Part shown: one piece after another, positions 41,967-53,143 of the stretch
How positions within the stretch are numbered: the first letter of the stretch is position 1
How the letters are laid out: each line of letters begins with the position of its first letter
DNA from: Trypanosoma brucei
Taxonomy: Eukaryota
Direction: 5' to 3'
Assembly: GCA_000002445.1 (NCBI GenBank)
Contig: CH464491.1
Span: forward strand, 32,001 to 96,000
Length of the DNA: 64,000 nucleotides
Program-made: the position numbers and the translations under genes
The notes under the pieces: generated by a model
Seen by the model: only the letters and a program-made list of their open reading frames with translations
Databases searched by the model: none
What the model was told of the DNA's origin: nothing

Positions 41967-44921
41967 TCAACTGGACTGGGATTCTCCTTCAGTTCGACTG
42001 GTTTTGACTCTCTCCACAAGTTGCTTGTTGACGTGCAGTAGTCGCATCGCCTTTTCCTGAATATCGGCATTCTGTTTTTGTAACTCCTCGTGGCCCTTAC
42101 GTAGCGACTCCTCTCTACTCGCAGAAGCCGCAAGCTCTGCACGCAAACGCGCCAACTCTTCATCTCTTCCTCTAATGAGCGACTCGTGCGCACTCATTGC
42201 GGCAGCCAACTGCTCCTTCAGGGCGGCTAACTGTCCCTGCTCGCCTTCGGTTGCCGTGTCGGCGCCCTGCAATGGTTCCGTTTCCTCCGCAACATCTAAA
42301 GCCGCTGTCTCTGTTTGAAGGGAGTTTCGGAACAGCTCCGCCCGCTGCAGCGCCTGCCGCAACGTATCCGCCACCTGCCTCACGCCAGATCGAAGTAAAT
42401 GAGACTCTATGGCTTCCTTTTCTCCACTGTTCCCCGGTATTGTTTCCGACAAATACACGAGCTGCTCTTTCACAGCAGTGAATCCACTACACAGTTCCTC
42501 TAGCTGTTGTCCAAGTGGTCCCTTCATGCATTCCACACGCTCTTCGGGGTTGCTGGCTGGAGGTGACTGTTCACCGTCCGCAGCAATCTGTTGGAGTTGT
42601 CGTTGCTGACGATGCAGTTGCTCTACCAGGGTTGTCTCGCGTGTGAGATGTTCCTGCAACGACGACAAAAGGTCGCTGTTGTGGTTCTTCAGTAGCTTCA
42701 GTTGCAGAGCAGTGTGTTCGGCATCCTCGCTAATATTTTGCTTTTCTTCCCGTAATGCTGCCAATTCGGTCATGGCTGCATCTCGCACAGCCTGAAGTGA
42801 TGTAAGTTGTTCCCGCATTGCTGCTATCTGCTCGGAAGCCTCCACAGCGTCAAGCGAATTGTCTACCGGTGCTTCGTGCATCAGCACACGATCCATCGCA
42901 ACCAAACCATGCTGATCAATCAATTGCTCGCAGCGGGCAAGCCGTTCCAATGCCAAATCTCGTTCTTTAGTTACCTCACGCACCTTGTCCAGTAGCATAC
43001 TCACGTTTTGCCCGTCGTTGATGGCAGCATCCAACAAATTGGTCTCCGTCATCTGAGTTGTCTCAAGTTTATTTGATAAGAAATGTAATGTCTGCGCCAA
43101 GGTCTCCCGCAGCAAAGAGCGAATTTCGTCACGTTGGTGTCTCTCCATTGTCACATCCACAACAACGGCAGCGTTTTCCGAACGATCGTTCGCGGCGCTA
43201 GCAACCGATTGCAGTGACTCAAACGTTGCGATCAGCCGCAAAACCTGCTGCCCAAAGGCACGCAAGTCCTCCTCACGTTGCGCTGCTTTATCATTCAACA
43301 TTGCTTCAAAGGAGGTTATTGCCTTCTGAAAGTGTGCTTCACTCCGTGAAACCGCGTCCTTGACTTCAGCAGCCAGTTGACCTGACTGTACGACACCACT
43401 CCCGCCCTGATGTCTTCTCCCCTTGTCGTCAACTCGCTTGGAATCGACACGTTGCAGAGCGGATGAAACATCAGTCATTGTGCGCTCCGTTATCTTAAGT
43501 GCTTCCTCTACCTCTCTTGTTGCTCGTTGCTGCGTTTCGGCTTGCGCGACGGCCAGCGCACATTGCGTTTCTGCATTTACTGTATCATTCCGTAAACGAG
43601 AAACCTCCTCCTCATAGTACCGTCGCAGTGCAGCCACCGTGTGTACCACCTTACCTGCATCCGAATCATCTTTCAATTGCTGGACGGTTCTTTCCAACTC
43701 CGCGCACTTGGCCCTCTCGTCAGACAACTGTTCCCGCGCCATATTCAGAGATGTCGCCATCTGAACGGAGTTATCGAGAGCCCTTGTATAGTCCATGCGC
43801 AGTTGCGTCAGCTGCTGCGAAAGCGATTCACTACCACTGGGATGAATACGCTCACGCACCAAATCCGCCAACCTGTGTTCCACTACTTCCCGCCTCTGCC
43901 GCTCCTCAATGAAGTGCTCATGGACTGTCAGCGCCTCCCGTCGCAACACGGCAACTGACTCCTTAAGAGCGACATATTTCGCCTCCGCCTCCGCAATACG
44001 TGACTCCTGCCGCTGCCACGCATCGACAAGCTCAGATAACGTCACATCACGGTGCTGCAGTAGTCGTAGGGCAAAGTACTCCGGTGCGGTACGCTGCAAC
44101 GCTGGATTCGGCGGCTCCGTTCCCGGCTGTACGGGCACGAAATCTGGGGGAACTATAGCATGCACAACACCACTAAGGTCCAAATGTTTCTCAAGGAGGC
44201 GTACGTGGGCCTTTGCTTGACGAAGTTGTGAACTCACATGGTCTGCATCCTTACCCTTTGAAGCCAAAATGCGCACCATATCGATAAGAGAAAGCACCTC
44301 TTCATGATGGCGAAGGGATGCATTCTGATAAAAGGAAAGAGAACTCTGCAGACGGGCAATAGTAACGTCCTTTTTCAATGCCGAGAGGTCGGCATCTAGA
44401 GCCCTCTGCGAGTACACCTGAAGGGCCTGAAGCGCACCCCGGAGAAGATTCTGCACACGTTCCACAAGTTTTTCATTTATTTGCTGCTCACCCTCCAGTT
44501 GCGATGAAAACAAAGCAATTGTCGTCTTACTCGCTGAGTCGAAACCTTTCATCAGTTCACCCACGGCAAGGGCGGTAGAACTCTCTAACTGCTCCTTCAT
44601 AATACCTATTGAGAGGGTTTTCTGCCGAGAGTCATCCGCAATACGAGCATGTGAAAGGGCAGTAACTACACGGTTCGCTTGGCATCGCGACATCTGCTTC
44701 CATAATTCGGCATTTGAAGTGCGTGATCCCTCTAACGTGCGCTGAAGTTGCTGCGCCTTTCGCACTACAGACTGCAGTACAGCACCGTTAACGCTGCCGA
44801 CACTTTTCGTAATCTCATCCAACTCCAATGACATGTGCTGGAAAGTGGCGGAGCAGGTTTCCTGTATTGCACCTTCCCCTTCACTATTCTCTTCCCTCGA
44901 CCTTTTTGACCCAGGGAACAT
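41967..44921 (-). CDS. Large coiled-coil protein (984 aa).
   Basis: Almost entirely heptad-repeat sequence rich in E, L, Q and R. It is co-oriented and sits next to LC8. Confidence 0.55.
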   Translation of the reverse strand: MFPGSKRSREENSEGEGAIQETCSATFQHMSLELDEITKSVGSVNGAVLQSVVRKAQQLQRTLEGSRTSNAELWKQMSRCQANRVVTALSHARIADDSRQKTLSIGIMKEQLESSTALAVGELMKGFDSASKTTIALFSSQLEGEQQINEKLVERVQNLLRGALQALQVYSQRALDADLSALKKDVTIARLQSSLSFYQNASLRHHEEVLSLIDMVRILASKGKDADHVSSQLRQAKAHVRLLEKHLDLSGVVHAIVPPDFVPVQPGTEPPNPALQRTAPEYFALRLLQHRDVTLSELVDAWQRQESRIAEAEAKYVALKESVAVLRREALTVHEHFIEERQRREVVEHRLADLVRERIHPSGSESLSQQLTQLRMDYTRALDNSVQMATSLNMAREQLSDERAKCAELERTVQQLKDDSDAGKVVHTVAALRRYYEEEVSRLRNDTVNAETQCALAVAQAETQQRATREVEEALKITERTMTDVSSALQRVDSKRVDDKGRRHQGGSGVVQSGQLAAEVKDAVSRSEAHFQKAITSFEAMLNDKAAQREEDLRAFGQQVLRLIATFESLQSVASAANDRSENAAVVVDVTMERHQRDEIRSLLRETLAQTLHFLSNKLETTQMTETNLLDAAINDGQNVSMLLDKVREVTKERDLALERLARCEQLIDQHGLVAMDRVLMHEAPVDNSLDAVEASEQIAAMREQLTSLQAVRDAAMTELAALREEKQNISEDAEHTALQLKLLKNHNSDLLSSLQEHLTRETTLVEQLHRQQRQLQQIAADGEQSPPASNPEERVECMKGPLGQQLEELCSGFTAVKEQLVYLSETIPGNSGEKEAIESHLLRSGVRQVADTLRQALQRAELFRNSLQTETAALDVAEETEPLQGADTATEGEQGQLAALKEQLAAAMSAHESLIRGRDEELARLRAELAASASREESLRKGHEELQKQNADIQEKAMRLLHVNKQLVERVKTSRTEGESQSS

Positions 44922-45578
44922 GATTCCAACCTTTGCACAGTGGCGAGGTCACACTCTGCGTAAATATGGACAATAGAATTTTAAAATGGTTAATTAGTTA
45001 CACAGGAAAGGAAGTGTATTTTTCTTTTTTTTTTTTGAGGGGTGCGGAAGGAAGAAAACGGGGAAGCGCCATTCATAGATGCAGCGGAAATGGATAAGAC
45101 GCATCATGTAAACGGGGGATAAAGGGAAGCGTTTCCCAATGCATGAGGAGCAGAAGTGATTAAATGGGAGCAAAGGACGCAAAAAAATAAAAGCAGGAAA
45201 GAAACTACTAAAGCAGTAGAAACAAAACTTCAACATGTTGAAAGAAATACCAAACCCAAATGTTCCCGCTTTGAAGTTACAGCGACAACAGTAACGCAAA
45301 ATAGTCGGTTTCCACCACTACATGTGTGTCTAAGAGTGTCTCCACTATAAATGTCGACACAATCTATGGTTGCCTCTCACGACAAGATATTGGAAGGGAG
45401 GGGACACATACATTTGAAAAATTGTATATTAGCCCTTATTTCTTTGGGCCCTGTTCACTCATATTGAATCCCTTCACAACTCGACAGAACAAAGCGATAT
45501 GAGAGAAGCCAGAAAATAAGGGGAAATTTGCTTACTCCTATCGTATGAAAGAATCAAAATCCCATTACCTCGTTTGCT

Positions 45579-47741
45579 CTAAGCATCTTCTATATCATAT
45601 GGTGTTTTTCGTATAATTGACACATCCATACTAGGAACCATAAACTTACTATCGGAGCTCTCTACATCCCAATCATGAAATGCGGGTCCCGTGGAGTCCA
45701 CATAAGCACCACTACTCTCGTGCGATTGCGTTTTCTTAATGGAAACTCCACTCTCATTTCCCCCATCTGAAAGTACATTTTCGGCATTGTAATTTAAACC
45801 CCCGCCAACGCTGGAAATCGCATTGGCTCCCTCACGACTTAGACTCACTTTGGCTGGTGGCACCGTCGTCGAACACTCCGCCACAGGAGTACGGCAAAAA
45901 TCCAGCTTCTCATCGCATGGAAGAGCAGAAAGGATCATTTGCCGCGAGACAGCAGATTGGCAATGAAGAATGTCGCTGAGCTTATCGTCCATAACTTTAT
46001 TGTTGTGGGCTGTTAGCCGCCCCACCTTCACAACCGTCTCACGAAGCTGCTTCAGTTCCGTACACAGAGGCGGTGCAACTGTCGTATTCATGTCGTCCAA
46101 ACTTCGTTGAATATTACGCAAAAGGGCCGCGTGTTCACTTTTTATTTCTCCCATGGTAATTGATGGGGTTAGTTGTGGAGCATTGTATCCTGCATCCCTC
46201 ACCGCCTTCCTCAAGTCGCCGATCAACTCCTCAGAAGACGCGCGCATGGACTCTACAGATAATCTTATGGGTAAAAGGCATCCCTGAAGTTCCTTTTTTA
46301 TCACTTCCAGCACGGTGTCACCAACAATAGCGCGCATCTCCGCAACCGATGTGGTAACATCGTTGCAGCCCGGAGATGCAGCAGAGTGAACTTCAACGAG
46401 ATGTGGAGAAGTTCCAGGCGTTCGTGGCAAAACAGGTTGTTTGCTTCCCGCTGGCGTCCTCTGCGGTGTGATAAAGGGAGCCTCCTGCAAAGCGAACGCG
46501 TGTTGCTGCAGAAGCCAACGCAAAGCATATGTTAACTCCTCCATGGCCTCTGTCTCAAGGGCGTAACGCTCGCAACTGTGAGTAAGGAGAAGTTCATTTA
46601 GAAGTAAGTCATCGATTTCCGCCTGCATTTCCATCATCAATGACTCGTCGGATCCGCCAGCCCTCGGAACCTTCTGCAGTCCTTCCTCTTGGAGATTGAG
46701 CTGGTTTCGAAGCGACGCAATCACCTCTTCCTTCTCCTCTAACTCCCGTTTTAGCTGTTCGATGGTTTCATCCGCTCGCTTCTTCGACTGATGCAGCTCC
46801 GCTAAGAGAGTACTTTTCATACCAGTTGCTGGAGTTGCCCAACAATCTTCTTCTTGTTGCCCTGAGTATTGACGTGAAGTTGACGTGCAGCGCTGCGCAG
46901 GACAACTCACGGGTCGATCGGTGTACGCTTGATTCCATGTTTTTTCACTTCGACAGCCATGGCGCGCAACACCCAATTCTTCAGAGTGCCTTTCTACACT
47001 TGAGTATTGCTTATGGGCAAGAGCTGACATAGTGTTTGAGCACCTTTCTTGAATAACCGTCCTCCAACTGGCTTCCGCAAACACAAGAGCCTCTCGAGTG
47101 TTCCGTTCATTTTCTTCAAATAACAACAGTTGTTGCTCACGGTGAAACTCGGCATCACGTCTGCAAATACTCTGCACTGACGTTAGCTGATATTCGGCTC
47201 TATGTAACTTGTCCTGCAAACGGTGCATCTGATCCCCAAGTGACTGGATCTCACGCTCTTTCAAGATACTTTGCTGACGAGAACGTTCGTACGCCGCACG
47301 CATTTCTTCAGCTCGATCAACAGCCTCACTTCGCTCCTCATCAAACTGCTTGGCAAGCTGTTGCAGATGATCAATTTCCTGCAAGTAAGACTCTTCAACA
47401 CCGTGCAGAGCGCCACGATTATTACTCGTTTTAGCACGCTTACGGCGACTGGTAGATGAAACTTGTAAATCTTGCGTGCGGGCACCGGAACCAATTGATG
47501 ACCTCATCCTGACCGGTGGATCAATTCCCTTGTAAGACACACCGCGACTCGAATTTGCGAATGTTACGTGCGATGACTCCAAAATGTGACTGAAGTCACG
47601 TGGGGGCGAATGGCAGGCGCAGTCGCAACCTATTGAAAGAAGACCACCGTTGTCACGAGGCGTCACACCTTCCTTCCGCGCTGAGGAGGGTACCGTCTCG
47701 GCAGGAAACCACATAGTCATTTGGTAAAGGAGAGAGCACAA
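45579..47741 (-). CDS. Coiled-coil hypothetical protein (720 aa).
   Basis: It has a central coiled-coil region, for example LQQLAKQFDEERSEAVDRAEEMRAAYERSRQQSILKEREIQSLGDQMHRLQDKLHRAEYQL. Co-oriented. Confidence 0.5.
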   Translation of the reverse strand: MCSLLYQMTMWFPAETVPSSARKEGVTPRDNGGLLSIGCDCACHSPPRDFSHILESSHVTFANSSRGVSYKGIDPPVRMRSSIGSGARTQDLQVSSTSRRKRAKTSNNRGALHGVEESYLQEIDHLQQLAKQFDEERSEAVDRAEEMRAAYERSRQQSILKEREIQSLGDQMHRLQDKLHRAEYQLTSVQSICRRDAEFHREQQLLLFEENERNTREALVFAEASWRTVIQERCSNTMSALAHKQYSSVERHSEELGVARHGCRSEKTWNQAYTDRPVSCPAQRCTSTSRQYSGQQEEDCWATPATGMKSTLLAELHQSKKRADETIEQLKRELEEKEEVIASLRNQLNLQEEGLQKVPRAGGSDESLMMEMQAEIDDLLLNELLLTHSCERYALETEAMEELTYALRWLLQQHAFALQEAPFITPQRTPAGSKQPVLPRTPGTSPHLVEVHSAASPGCNDVTTSVAEMRAIVGDTVLEVIKKELQGCLLPIRLSVESMRASSEELIGDLRKAVRDAGYNAPQLTPSITMGEIKSEHAALLRNIQRSLDDMNTTVAPPLCTELKQLRETVVKVGRLTAHNNKVMDDKLSDILHCQSAVSRQMILSALPCDEKLDFCRTPVAECSTTVPPAKVSLSREGANAISSVGGGLNYNAENVLSDGGNESGVSIKKTQSHESSGAYVDSTGPAFHDWDVESSDSKFMVPSMDVSIIRKTPYDIEDA

Positions 47742-48376
47742 CTAAAAAAAAGAGGTAAACAAAAAATATATAACTACCTAATACAAAGATGTGGTAAAAT
47801 ACAAATATATATATATGACGTGTGGAGGCAACTGCACTGCTTGAGCAGAAGGAAACAAACAGAAATAAAGCAAGACTAACCATCTCACGAATATTTTTGA
47901 ACAGAAAAGTGCATTGATTCCGCAAATGACAATAACCAAGAAAAAATATAATAATGTGGACTACCGCCACACGCCTACAGTTACACGAAACAAAATAACA
48001 GTGTTGACAATAGCACCTTTATAAAGGAGGGCGGCTAGAAAAATGTTGCGAACACGTACGACCATCAGAAATAAATAATACAAGCACTGCGCTAAATGAA
48101 TAAACAAAGGATAGGGGAGCGTAACGTTAAGCGTACACAGTGGACCCTGAACTTTGTAAACGCATCTTCTAGGAAGTTTAGTTAGGGGGGCGTGACGTTA
48201 AACACATCCTCTCAGCACCAAGGCCATAATGAACGACAAAAACGACCCAGGTGAAAAAAAAAGACACCCTATACCAGAGGAAGAAAAGAATAAGATCTGC
48301 CACATAATACCATGGTCGTGTTTAACGTCAACCACAACAATGGCAGTTGCACGTATCGTACGAGTAAATTATGGAA

Positions 48377-49723
48377 TTAAAACTGCCGACGAGGGTTCAG
48401 GACTGCTTTACCCCCACCATAACCTCCGTTACGACCCACTGGAGGTCCCTTAACGTAATTCTGAGCAGCAATCATTTGACCCCGTGGCACCGGCAGAAGA
48501 GGTGGTCGCACCATTTGCCTCCCGCCTGTTTGGCGAGGTGTTAAACCCACCGCTGGACGCTGCCTCCCATGGCGCGCATCTCGTTTAGACATGTCCTGCA
48601 CAGCCGCTGTTGGTAAATAACCACTCGCCAAGTAACATATACCCTCCCCTATCTCCGGTTTCAATGGAATTCCATCCCGCATCTTCGAAAGTGGAACGCT
48701 CTGCGGACCCCTTAAATCAGTTTCCTCAAGGAACACGCCATGCTTCATCCACTGTATGAAACAAAGCGAATCACCGGTACCATCGTCAACGGGTGAAAGA
48801 AGTTGACCAAAACCAAATACAGCGGAGCACCGCTGCAGAACAACGATAATTATAACTGGTCCCCTGTCCATTACTTTATAAAAAGCACGCTGGTTCTCTG
48901 GCTCAGTTCGAAAAAAACCGGCTTCGACGGACCTCTCAGCATCCTCTCTCGACATCACCACAACAAAGTAATAAGCGTCCAAGTTTACAACACTCGTGTC
49001 CAGTGGTGCATGAAGAATGGGCATGGTTGCCAATCCATCACCCTTCCGCACTTCCGTGTTGTTAACGTGTTTCCCGTTCCCACACTGATCAATACACGCT
49101 TTCAACTGAGGTCCGAGGTCAGCGACTGAACTAGGCGGTTGTAACAACGATTCAGTGATTGATCGGAACATTGCGGGTGTGGGAATGATGTCACTAAGGG
49201 CGACATGTATGAAGTTGCGGGGGAAAAATTCCATGACAGGCGGTACTAAAAGCAACTTTGCGGGATCCTGTAACACGACCCAACCGCGTCCCGTGCACGC
49301 ACCTGTGGGATCCGTAAAGATGTCGGCTTCCGCTACCATGTCGAATGCTTCAAAAAAGCGCCCGAGCATTTCAGCTGTTGTGTTCGGGGGTAAATTCGAT
49401 ACATACGCGCAAACATAACCGCCGGTGACGGGGACAAGATCACCAGTTGCGGGATCGGGTACGTATGCCTCGTAATGCGCATATGGAAGTAATCTGCATG
49501 CAGTGACACCACGCTCTGTAGCATCAGTAGATAACGGTACTTCCTGTGGTGGGACGTTACCTGGATCAAAGAGGAGAGTCCCCTCAGGAAGTCTCGGATA
49601 CAAAGCTAGACGACCATCCTCGAGGAGATTAAACTTCTCACCATTGACATAAACAAACGAAGAATCACTTTCTTTCTCCTCCATTTTGTTTTTGTGTGCG
49701 TGATAGTTGGTAGTGTAATACAA
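48377..49723 (-). CDS. RNA-binding protein with an N-terminal RRM-like domain and a C-terminal YTH-like (PUA-like) domain. This is tentative.
   Basis: An RRM-like RNP2/RNP1 reads GGYVCAYVSNLPP...GRGWVVL. The C-terminal block YYFVVVMSREDAERSVEAGFFRTEPENQRAFYKVMDRGPVIIIVVLQRCSAVFGFGQLLSPV...CFIQWMKHGVF follows the YTH pattern. Compare YTHDF [22 protein letters not shown]...[21 protein letters not shown]. A Gly/Arg-rich tail follows (RNGGYGGGK). Confidence 0.45.
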   Translation of the reverse strand: MYYTTNYHAHKNKMEEKESDSSFVYVNGEKFNLLEDGRLALYPRLPEGTLLFDPGNVPPQEVPLSTDATERGVTACRLLPYAHYEAYVPDPATGDLVPVTGGYVCAYVSNLPPNTTAEMLGRFFEAFDMVAEADIFTDPTGACTGRGWVVLQDPAKLLLVPPVMEFFPRNFIHVALSDIIPTPAMFRSITESLLQPPSSVADLGPQLKACIDQCGNGKHVNNTEVRKGDGLATMPILHAPLDTSVVNLDAYYFVVVMSREDAERSVEAGFFRTEPENQRAFYKVMDRGPVIIIVVLQRCSAVFGFGQLLSPVDDGTGDSLCFIQWMKHGVFLEETDLRGPQSVPLSKMRDGIPLKPEIGEGICYLASGYLPTAAVQDMSKRDARHGRQRPAVGLTPRQTGGRQMVRPPLLPVPRGQMIAAQNYVKGPPVGRNGGYGGGKAVLNPRRQF

Positions 49724-49814
49724 GCCAGTCTCACCACAATTACCGATTCAATCCCCTTTCCCAAATCCCTCGCTCGAACTAGGCTGCTACCTTCAGAGTG
49801 TCCCTCCACCACAA

Positions 49815-49846
49815 ATATATATATATATTTATTTATTTATTTATTT
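49815..49846. repeat. Compound (AT)7-(TTTA)5 microsatellite.
   Basis: The sequence atatatatatatatttatttatttatttattt. Confidence 0.9.
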
Positions 49847-50442
49847 GTGCCTGTGTGTATGCAGGATTGTACCAACACACAAAACTGCCTGATACGTAAG
49901 AAATAAGTAACAAATTAAATATACCCGCGCTACTCCGTTACAGGTTATACAATCCGACGAAATGAGGGATACTCTTTCCCTCTTCCACTCCCTAAATCTC
50001 TCCTCGCCTGAGCCCCTGCACCTCAGTCACCTTCCCTTCACCCCCTTTCTGGCTCCTTTTTTGATTCTGTTTTAGTCCAATCAAAACTTTTTAACCTAAG
50101 CCCCGGTTCGGGAGACGTCGTAGAAAACGAAGGAAGGGAGAGATAATCAGCAGGTACGTGATGAGAAAAAAAAAAAATAAAGATCAAGAAACAAAACAAA
50201 ACACAGCGCTCGACAATGACATTAGCTTGCCGCACGAAGCCAACGGCACCGTTATTAAACCAAAATTGTTAACCGCTTAGGAAGATTCTTCTTTTATCTT
50301 TGTTTTTTCCCTCCATAAAACAGTCCACACATTTCTGTCTTTCATGTTTTATCTGGAACAAAAACACGCAAACAGGGACAGGTCCTCAGAATCACTGCGA
50401 TATAAACATATGGAATGTCACTTTCACATACTCCAACCCCAA

Positions 50443-52242
50443 TCAAGTACCTTCCCGCTCATCTGCAGTGATTCGTCTCTCAAATATGGCCTCAACGGCA
50501 GCACCACACAAAAGTCGCACCACCGGTAATACCCGACACACCACATATTTCCCAGGGACTCCACTCAAATTCGTTACCCTATAGAAAATAAGTTCTCTTC
50601 CTCCACCATGTTTCGCACTACACCAACGCCACAGCGGGCCGAGAAGAGGTGCAAATCGCATATCAGTTAGCAAAAAAGTGACATGTGTTACTTCGTTAGG
50701 TTGAATCCTAAAATACGTTAGCCCATTTACACTGTTGGCGTACATGAAGGCAAACTGTGCAATAAACTCCTTCACCGTCCCCTCGTCAGGTATCCCAATG
50801 CAATGGCAAACCTCAGAGATCGAAGTTACATTTAAATCTCCCATGTCCGCCACGGTTGCTAACTGATGAGTGGTGGAAACCAACCCAACACATCCGGACA
50901 CAATCGTGCGGCACTCGTTTGCAACTCTCAGCATATTTGAAAAGGAATATGGTCCCAACGATGGGGCGCCCCAGCAACTGGTGCTGCGAACCACCATAGT
51001 TGAACGATCGATGGAGCACTGCGGTGCAGTAAGAACTTCGAGTCGGAATGCAGAGAGGGAATTCATCTCGGCGAAAGAGCAACCGGGAGGGCACACGTCA
51101 GGAAAGGCAATCGAGAACGCAGCGCAAAAACAGTCAAAGAGATCCACATTAGGTGATAACACTAACACGAAAAATACTTCATGAGTAATTTTCGAAGCGT
51201 CTTCGATAGCCTTCCGAAGTACATCCTCAAGGATACGCTGCTGTGCTCCTCTGTCTGATGTAATACAGGCGTCGTACACCCCGCACGTACACGCCCAATA
51301 CTCCACATCTCCTTCAGACTTACGAGTTTGGAATGCTGCTTTGTTTTCATTCATTTGTAAATCCTCGAAGATAAGTTGATCAAGAGAAGGAAGGTGCTTC
51401 ATCCGATCCGATGGAAATGTAAAGAGCGACAGTTGCTGCAGTATGTGCTTATCGGCAACCTTCTCCTCATCTGTTTTTGCACGTTGAGCAACTTTAAGTA
51501 CCGCATGACCGGAAGGAGAGTAGTCATTGTTATCCACAATTACAGGGCGCAGTTCAACAACCTCCAAACGCTTCTCCCTAAAGAGAGGACAATCAAGCAC
51601 AATTGTCTCAAACTCGCCTCCTTCACCCGCTGCGTGCGCACCATACAAGCGCTGAATACTCTCTAGTTCTGGACGTGCAGCAAGAAGGGACGTGCCAAGA
51701 TGCTTTTGCGGTACAAGACCTACTGTTGCCGTCTTGACCAGTATAGCTTCCACGCGCAGAATGGTGGCGATGTCAAGGATCTCCTCAGCGGGCCGCTGCC
51801 ACAAAAATGCAAGTGAACGGAGTTTCAAGCGGCTGCACACATCTTCCACGCGGTGGCGCTGGTAATTAGACAATATGGCGCCCGAAGTGACCGCTTCCAC
51901 CTCAGGAAACTCCTCCTTCACAGAGCGAAGCAGCCTGTAGAGGGCTTCAATTTCATCGCCTTCATCCCGCTTGCTCGTGTAATGAAGATCCTGCACCTTC
52001 GCCTGGTCAGCGCGAATGTAGCCTCTGCGAAACGGCAGTTGCATGCACGCGGCGATTTCCTCCACAACCTCATGACCTACTGTTTGGAAAGAATAAGAAT
52101 CAACCTCATGCACAGTTTCCCGTCCATCGTCGCATTCGGGAGCGATGTTCGCCACAACTACTGGGTAGTGCCCATATCGCATCGAGAGGATAATGGAGAG
52201 TATACTATCCTTTCCCCCGGAGATGAGGGCAATAGTCTTCAT
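50443..52242 (-). CDS. DPH6: Diphthine-ammonia ligase (DPH6). It has an N-terminal PP-loop ATPase plus tandem YjgF/RidA-like domains.
   Basis: The N-terminus MKTIALISGGKDS carries the PP-loop SGGxDS motif, followed by EGGEFETIVLDCPLF. The ~600-aa length with a C-terminal duplicated endoribonuclease-L-PSP-like region matches fungal Dph6. Confidence 0.8.
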   Translation of the reverse strand: MKTIALISGGKDSILSIILSMRYGHYPVVVANIAPECDDGRETVHEVDSYSFQTVGHEVVEEIAACMQLPFRRGYIRADQAKVQDLHYTSKRDEGDEIEALYRLLRSVKEEFPEVEAVTSGAILSNYQRHRVEDVCSRLKLRSLAFLWQRPAEEILDIATILRVEAILVKTATVGLVPQKHLGTSLLAARPELESIQRLYGAHAAGEGGEFETIVLDCPLFREKRLEVVELRPVIVDNNDYSPSGHAVLKVAQRAKTDEEKVADKHILQQLSLFTFPSDRMKHLPSLDQLIFEDLQMNENKAAFQTRKSEGDVEYWACTCGVYDACITSDRGAQQRILEDVLRKAIEDASKITHEVFFVLVLSPNVDLFDCFCAAFSIAFPDVCPPGCSFAEMNSLSAFRLEVLTAPQCSIDRSTMVVRSTSCWGAPSLGPYSFSNMLRVANECRTIVSGCVGLVSTTHQLATVADMGDLNVTSISEVCHCIGIPDEGTVKEFIAQFAFMYANSVNGLTYFRIQPNEVTHVTFLLTDMRFAPLLGPLWRWCSAKHGGGRELIFYRVTNLSGVPGKYVVCRVLPVVRLLCGAAVEAIFERRITADEREGT

Positions 52243-53143
52243 CGCCTACGGCTGAAAAAAAATAACGTTGAAAACAGAAATAATGAGAAGAGAACGTCAG
52301 CGATCCAAACATTTCATCACACGGATGAAAATATGGACGGCACAGTTATTTACTGCTTCCTCAATCATCTACCGCCGGAGCCAATACAAGAGTTGGGAGA
52401 ACGGATATACACAACAAGGGGATAACAATAACAATATGTATGTGTATATGTGTGCGAGCACGACCGGCAGGCGAATGAAGGCTCTAAGACGAACAATGGA
52501 GCCAGTTTACAAGAAGGAAGTTGAATAGGCAGTTGCTAACGGTGATAAAAAGAGCGTTGTAACAATCCAGAGGCGTTTCACCTTATGGCTGACAACTGCG
52601 ATACCACCCAACATACTGCTTTACCGTGTATGCGGCAATGGAGCATGCAAGCAAGCCCCTGAACACGTTGCTGTCCACCTCTTGAAACAACAGGAAGCTG
52701 ATAACGATAAAACCGGCTCTCCTCTCGTCTGCCGTCAGTCCGAGAAAAGTCCCCTCCTCGGGCTCCCTGCCGTGCCCGGTTGCACACCTCTCAGTTGGAG
52801 GCAACTGCCCATCAACACTACTGCGCTCATCAGCCGCATCCGCATCGCTGCTAAGGGTCATTAGGGTAATATCTTCACAAAGAAAAAAAAAGTATATGAC
52901 AACAAATGCGAAAACGGTAAGAGATGTAGATAGAAAAGAAAAACAAACAGCACAGACACGGCGAGCGCCCGACATACAAGATGGTGTAATGGAATACAGT
53001 TTTTTTATTTTGTTCAGCATTAGGAACCGCGCTGAGTTTTGACGAGAGTTGTAACTTTTAGATGAAGCAGAAAGGGAACTCTTTGTGATCTCAACAGACG
53101 CACCATTGCATATCTTCCACACCTCTTTTATACACACTACCTA

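Noticed and set aside
52583-53137. A 184-codon minus-strand ORF filling the spacer between DPH6 and the 869-aa gene.
   Set aside because: It starts only 6 nt downstream of the preceding gene's stop codon and in a different frame. Its hydrophobic segment (LTVFAFVVIYFFFLC) is a translated pyrimidine tract. It leaves no room for trans-splicing or polyadenylation signals, so it is most likely spacer read-through.
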